In this document: piece after piece, positions 59,601-64,000 of the stretch
How positions within the stretch are numbered: position 1 is the first letter of the stretch
Layout: each line of letters starts with the position of its first letter
Origin: Mobula hypostoma
Lineage: Eukaryota
Assembly (NCBI RefSeq): GCF_963921235.1
Contig: NC_086101.1
Location: forward strand, 1,860,001-1,924,000
Direction: 5' to 3'
DNA length: 64,000 bases
Made by a program: the position numbers and the translations under genes
Notes under the pieces: generated by a model
Told to the model about the DNA's origin: nothing
The model's input: only the letters and a program-made list of their open reading frames with translations
Databases searched by the model: none

Positions 59601-62600
59601 GGGGGGGTGAGGGAAGGTGTACAGTGTGTGGGGACGGGGGTGAGGGAAGGTGTACAGTGTGTGGGGACGGGGGGTGAGGGAAGGTGTACAGTGTGGGGGG
59701 GGTGAGGGAAGGTGTGTACACTGTGTGGGGACGGGGGGTGAGGGAAGGTGTACAGTGTGTGGGGACGGGGGGGTGAGGGAAGGTGTACAGTGTGTGGGGG
59801 GGTGAGGGAAGGTGTACAGTGTGTGGGGACGGGGGGGTGAGGGAAGGTGTACAGTGTGTGGGGGGGTGAGGGAAGGTGTACAGTGTGTGGGGACGGGGGG
59901 GTGAGGGAAGGTGTACAGTGTGTGGGGGGGTGAGGGAAGGTGTACAGTGTGTGGGGACGGGGGGTGAGGGAAGGTGTACAGTGTGTGGGGGGGTGAGGGA
60001 AGGTGTACAGTGTGTGGGGGGTGAGGGAAGGTGTACAGTGTGTGGGGGGGGGGTGAGGGAAGGTGTACAGTGTGTGGGGACGGGGGGTGAGGGAAGGTGT
60101 ACAGTGTGTGGGGACGGGGGGTGAGGGAAGGTGTACAGTGTGTGTGGGGGGGTGAGGGAAGGTGTGCAGTGTGTGGGGACGGGGGGGTGAGGGAAGGTGT
60201 ACAGTGTGTGGGGGGGTGAGGGAAGGTGTACAGTGTGTGGGGACAGGGGGGTGAGGGAAGGTGTACAGTGTGTGGGGGGGTGAGGGAAGGTGTACAGTGT
60301 GTGGGGACGGGGTGAGGGAAGGTGTACAGTGTGTGGGGACGGGGGGGTGAGGGAAGGTGTACAGTGTGTGGGGACGGGGGGGTGAGGGAAGGTGTACAGT
60401 GTGTGGGGACGGGGGGTGAGGGAAGGTGTACAGTGTGTGGGGACGGGGGGGTGAGGGAAGGTGTACAGTGTGTGGGGACGGGGGGGTGAGGGAAGGTGTA
60501 CAGTGTGTGGGGACGGGGGGTGAGGGAAGGTGTACAGTGTGTGGGGATGGGGGGTCAGGGAAGGTGTACAGTGTGTGGGGGGGTGAGGGAAGGTGTACAG
60601 TGTGTGGGAGGGTGAGGGAAAGTGCACAGTGTGTGGGGATGGGGGGAGAGGGAAGGTGTACAGTGTGTGGGGACGGGGGGTGAGGGAAGGTGTACAGTGT
60701 GTGGGGGGGTGAGGGAAGGTGTACAGTGTGTGGGGTGTGAGGGAAGGTGTGCAGTGTGTGGGGACGGGGGGGTGAGGGAAGGTGTACAGTGTGTAGGGGG
60801 TGAGGAAAGGTGTACAGTGTGTGGGGACGGGGGGTGAGGGAAGGTGTACAGTGTGTGGGGACGTGGGGTGAGGGAAGGTGTACAGTCTGTGGGGACGGGG
60901 GGGTGAGGGAAGGTGTACAGTGTGTGGGGACGGGGGGGTGAGGGAAGGTGTACAATGTGTGGGGGGGTGAGGGAAGGTGTGCAGTGTGTGGGGACGGGGG
61001 GGTGAGGGAAGGTGTACAGTGTGTGGGGGGGAGAGGGATGGTGTACACTGTGTGGGGACGGGGGGGTGAGGGAAGGTGTACAGTGTGTGGGGGGGTGAGG
61101 GAAGGTGTACAGTGTGTGGGGACGGGGTTGAGGGAAGGTGTACAGTGTGTGGGGACGGGGGGGTGAGGGAAGGTGTACAGTGTGTGGGGACGGGGGGAGA
61201 GGGAAGGTGTACAGTGTGTGGGGACGGGGGGTGAGGGAAGGTGTACAGTGTGTGGGGGGGTGAGGGAAGGTGTACAGTGTGTGGGGGGTGAGGGAAGGTG
61301 TACAGTGTGTGGGGACGGGGGGGTGAGGGAAGGTGTACAGTGTGTGGGGACGGGGGGGTGAGGGAAGGTGTACAGTGTGTGGGGACGGGGGGTGAGGGAA
61401 GGTGTACAGTGTGTGGGGACGGGGGGGTGAGGGAAGGTGTACAGTGTGTGGGGACGGGGGGGTGAGGGAAGGTGTACAGTGTGTGGGGACGGGGGGTGAG
61501 GGAAGGTGTACAGTGTGTGGGGGGGTGAGGGAAGGTGTACAGTGTGTGGGAGGGTGAGGGAAGGTGTACAGTGTGTGGGGATGGGGGGAGAGGGAAGGTG
61601 TACAGTGTGTGGGAGGGTGAGGGAAGGTGTACAGTGTGTGGGGACGGGGGGGTGAGGGAAGGTGTACAGTGTGTGGGGGGGTGAGGGAAGGTGTACAGTG
61701 TGTGGGGACGGGGGTGAGGGAAGGTGTACAGTGTGTGGGTATGGGGGGGTGAGGGAAGGTGTACAGTGTGTGGGGGGTGAGGGAAGGTGTACAGTGTGTG
61801 GGGACGGGGGGTGAGGGAAGGTGTACAGTGTGTGGGGACGGGGGGTGAGGGAAGGTGTACAGTGTGTGGGGGGTGAGGGAAGGTGTACAGTGTGTGGGGA
61901 GGGGGTGAGGGAAGGTGTACAGTGTGTGGGGGGGTGAGGGAAGGTGTACAGTGTGTGGGGGGGTGAGGGAAGGTGTACAGTGTGTGGGGATGGGGGGTGA
62001 GGGAAGGTGTACAGTGTGTGGGGACGGGGGGTGAGGGAAGGTGTACAGTGTGTGGGGACGGGGGGTGAGGGAAGGTGTACAGTGTGTGTGGGGGGTGAGG
62101 GAAGGTGTACAGTGTGTGGGGACGGGGGGTGAGGGAAGGTGTACAGCGTGTGGGGGGTGAGGGAAGGTGTACAGTGTGTGGGGACGGTGGGGTGAGGGAA
62201 GGTGTACAGTGTGTGGGGGGGTGAGGGATGGTGTACAGTGTGTGGGGGGTGAGGGAAGGTGTACAGTGTGTGGGGACGGTGGGGTGAGGGAAGGTGTACA
62301 GTGTGTGGGGACGGGGGGTGAGGGAAGGTGTACAGTGTGTGGGGACGGGTGGGGAGGGAAGGTGTACAGTGTGTGGGGACGGGGGGTGAGGGAAGGTGTA
62401 CAGTGTGTGGGGACGGGGGGTGAGGGAAGGTGTACAGTGTGTGGGGACGGGGGGTGAGGGAAGGTGTACAGTGTGTGGGGACGGGGGGTGAGGGAAGGTG
62501 TACAGTGTGTGGGGACGGGGGTGAGGGAAGGTTTACAGTGTGTGGGGGGTGAGGGAAGGTGTACAGTGTGTGGGGACGGGGGGTGAGGGAAGGTGTACAG

Positions 62601-64000
62601 TGTGTCGGGGGGGTGAGGGAAGGTGTACAGTGTGTGGGGACGGGGGGTGAGGGAAGGTGTACAGTGTGTGGGGGGGTGAGGGAAGGTGTACAGTGTGTGG
62701 GGGGTGAGGGAAGGGGTGCAGTGTGTGGGGACGGGGGGTGAGGGAAGGTGTACAGTGAGTGGGGACGGGGGGTGAGGGAAGGTGTACAGTGTGTGGGGAC
62801 GGGGGGGTGAGGTAAGGTGTACAGTCTGTGGGGGGGTGAGGGAAGGTGTACAGTGTGTGGGGACGGGGGGAGAGGGAAGGTGTACAGTGTGTGGGGGGGT
62901 GAGGGAAGGTGTACAATGTGTGGGGACGGGGGGAGAGGGAAGGTGTACAGTGTGTGGGGACGGGGGGGTGAGGGAAGGTGTACAGTGTGTGGGGGGGTGA
63001 GGGAAGGTGTACAGTGTGTGGGGACAGGGGGGTGAGGGAAGGTGTACAGTGTGTGGGGATGGGGGGAGAGGGAAGGTGTACAGTGTGTGGGGGGGTGAGG
63101 GAAGGTGTACAGTGTGTGGGGACGGGGGGTGAGGGAAGGTGTACAGTGTGTGGGGATGGGGGGTGAGGGAAGGTGTACAGTGTGTGGGGGGGTGAGGGAA
63201 GGTGTACAGTGTGTGGGGGGGTGAGGGAAGGTGTACAGTGTGTGGGGATGGGGGGAGAGGGAAGGTGTACAGTGTGTGGGGACGGGGGGGTGAGGGAAGG
63301 TGTACAGTGTGTGGGGACGGAGGGGTGAGGGAAGGTGTACAGTGTGTGGGGACGGGGGGTGAGGGAAGGTGTACAGTGTGTGTGGGGGGTGAGGGAAGGT
63401 GTACAGTGTGTGGGGACGGGGGGTGAGGGAAGGTGTACAGTGTGTGGGGGGGTGAGGGAAGGTGTACAGTGTGTGGGGGGTGAGGGAAGGTGTACAGTGT
63501 GTGGGGACGGGGGGTGAGGGAAGGTGTACAGTGTGTGGGGGGGTGAGGGAAGGTGTACAGTGTGTGGGGACGGGGGGTGAGGGAAGGTGTACAGTGTGTG
63601 GGGACGGGGGGTGAGGGAAGGTGTACAGTGTGTGGGGACGGGGGGTGAGGGAAGGTGTACAGTGTGTGGGGGGTGAGGGAAGGTGTACAGTGTGTGGGGA
63701 CGGGGGGTGAGGGAAGGTGTACAGTGTGTGGGGGGTGAGGGAAGGTGTACAGTGTGTGGGGACGGGGGGTGAGGGAAGGTGTACAGTGTGTGGGGGGTGA
63801 GGGAAGGTGTACAGTGTGTGGGGGGTGAGGGAAGGTGTACAGTGTGTGGGGGGTGAGGGAAGGTATACAGTGTGTGGGGACGGTGGGGTGAGGGAAGGTG
63901 TACATTGTGTGGGGGGGTGAGGGATGGTGTACAGTGTGTGGGGGGTGAGGGAAGGTGTACAGTGTGTGGGGACGGTGGGGTGAGGGAAGGTGTACAGTGT
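47631..64000. repeat. Large G-rich minisatellite (>16 kb, runs off the window), unit TGAGGGAAGGTGTACAGTGTGT(GGGGAC)G5-11
   Basis: Two interspersed unit types, with and without GGGGAC, mostly ~29-37 bp; extreme G/C strand skew. Confidence 0.99.

Noticed and set aside
47380..63905. Giant 4415, 4502 and 1116 aa Pro/His/Thr-rich ORFs (extensin- or mucin-like)
   Set aside because: The C-rich strand of the repeat lacks stops in all frames, and unit lengths are not held to multiples of 3, so the peptide cycles through three frames. This is a satellite artefact.
47631..64000. CRISPR-like or telomeric array
   Set aside because: There are no unique spacers and no cas genes, and the context is eukaryotic. 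The unit contains TGAGGG but no (TTAGGG)n.

Overview
Vertebrate nuclear DNA. The repeat content (many CR1 LINEs with an esterase-type ORF1, Rex1/Babar and L1 LINEs, tRNA-derived SINEs, Penelope-like palindromic inserts) suggests a cartilaginous fish such as a ray; this is inference. About 47 kb is a nest of retroelements, and the last ~16.4 kb is a G-rich 29-37 bp minisatellite whose 1,100-4,500 aa ORFs are artefacts. Two candidate host genes lie convergently among the repeats. (1) On the + strand, phase-1 exons at 2785-2865 and 13791-13898 encode two transmembrane helices resembling TM4-TM5 of CD47. (2) On the - strand is a highly diverged neutral-sphingomyelinase (SMPD3/SMPD5-like) locus. 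Its N-terminal membrane exon (40359-39888) and the start of the catalytic domain (39168-38984) are intact, with canonical in-phase splice sites. The rest of the catalytic domain survives only as a frameshifted, stop-riddled, intron-free relic (38967-38767, 34170-33853, ~32858-32740), split by a CR1 insertion and a 24-bp tandem array. An in-frame splice from 38984 to 33852 would give a ~451-aa catalytically dead membrane protein with a new (QNSQSKTT)n tail. All homology calls are by eye against remembered reference sequences and need database confirmation.
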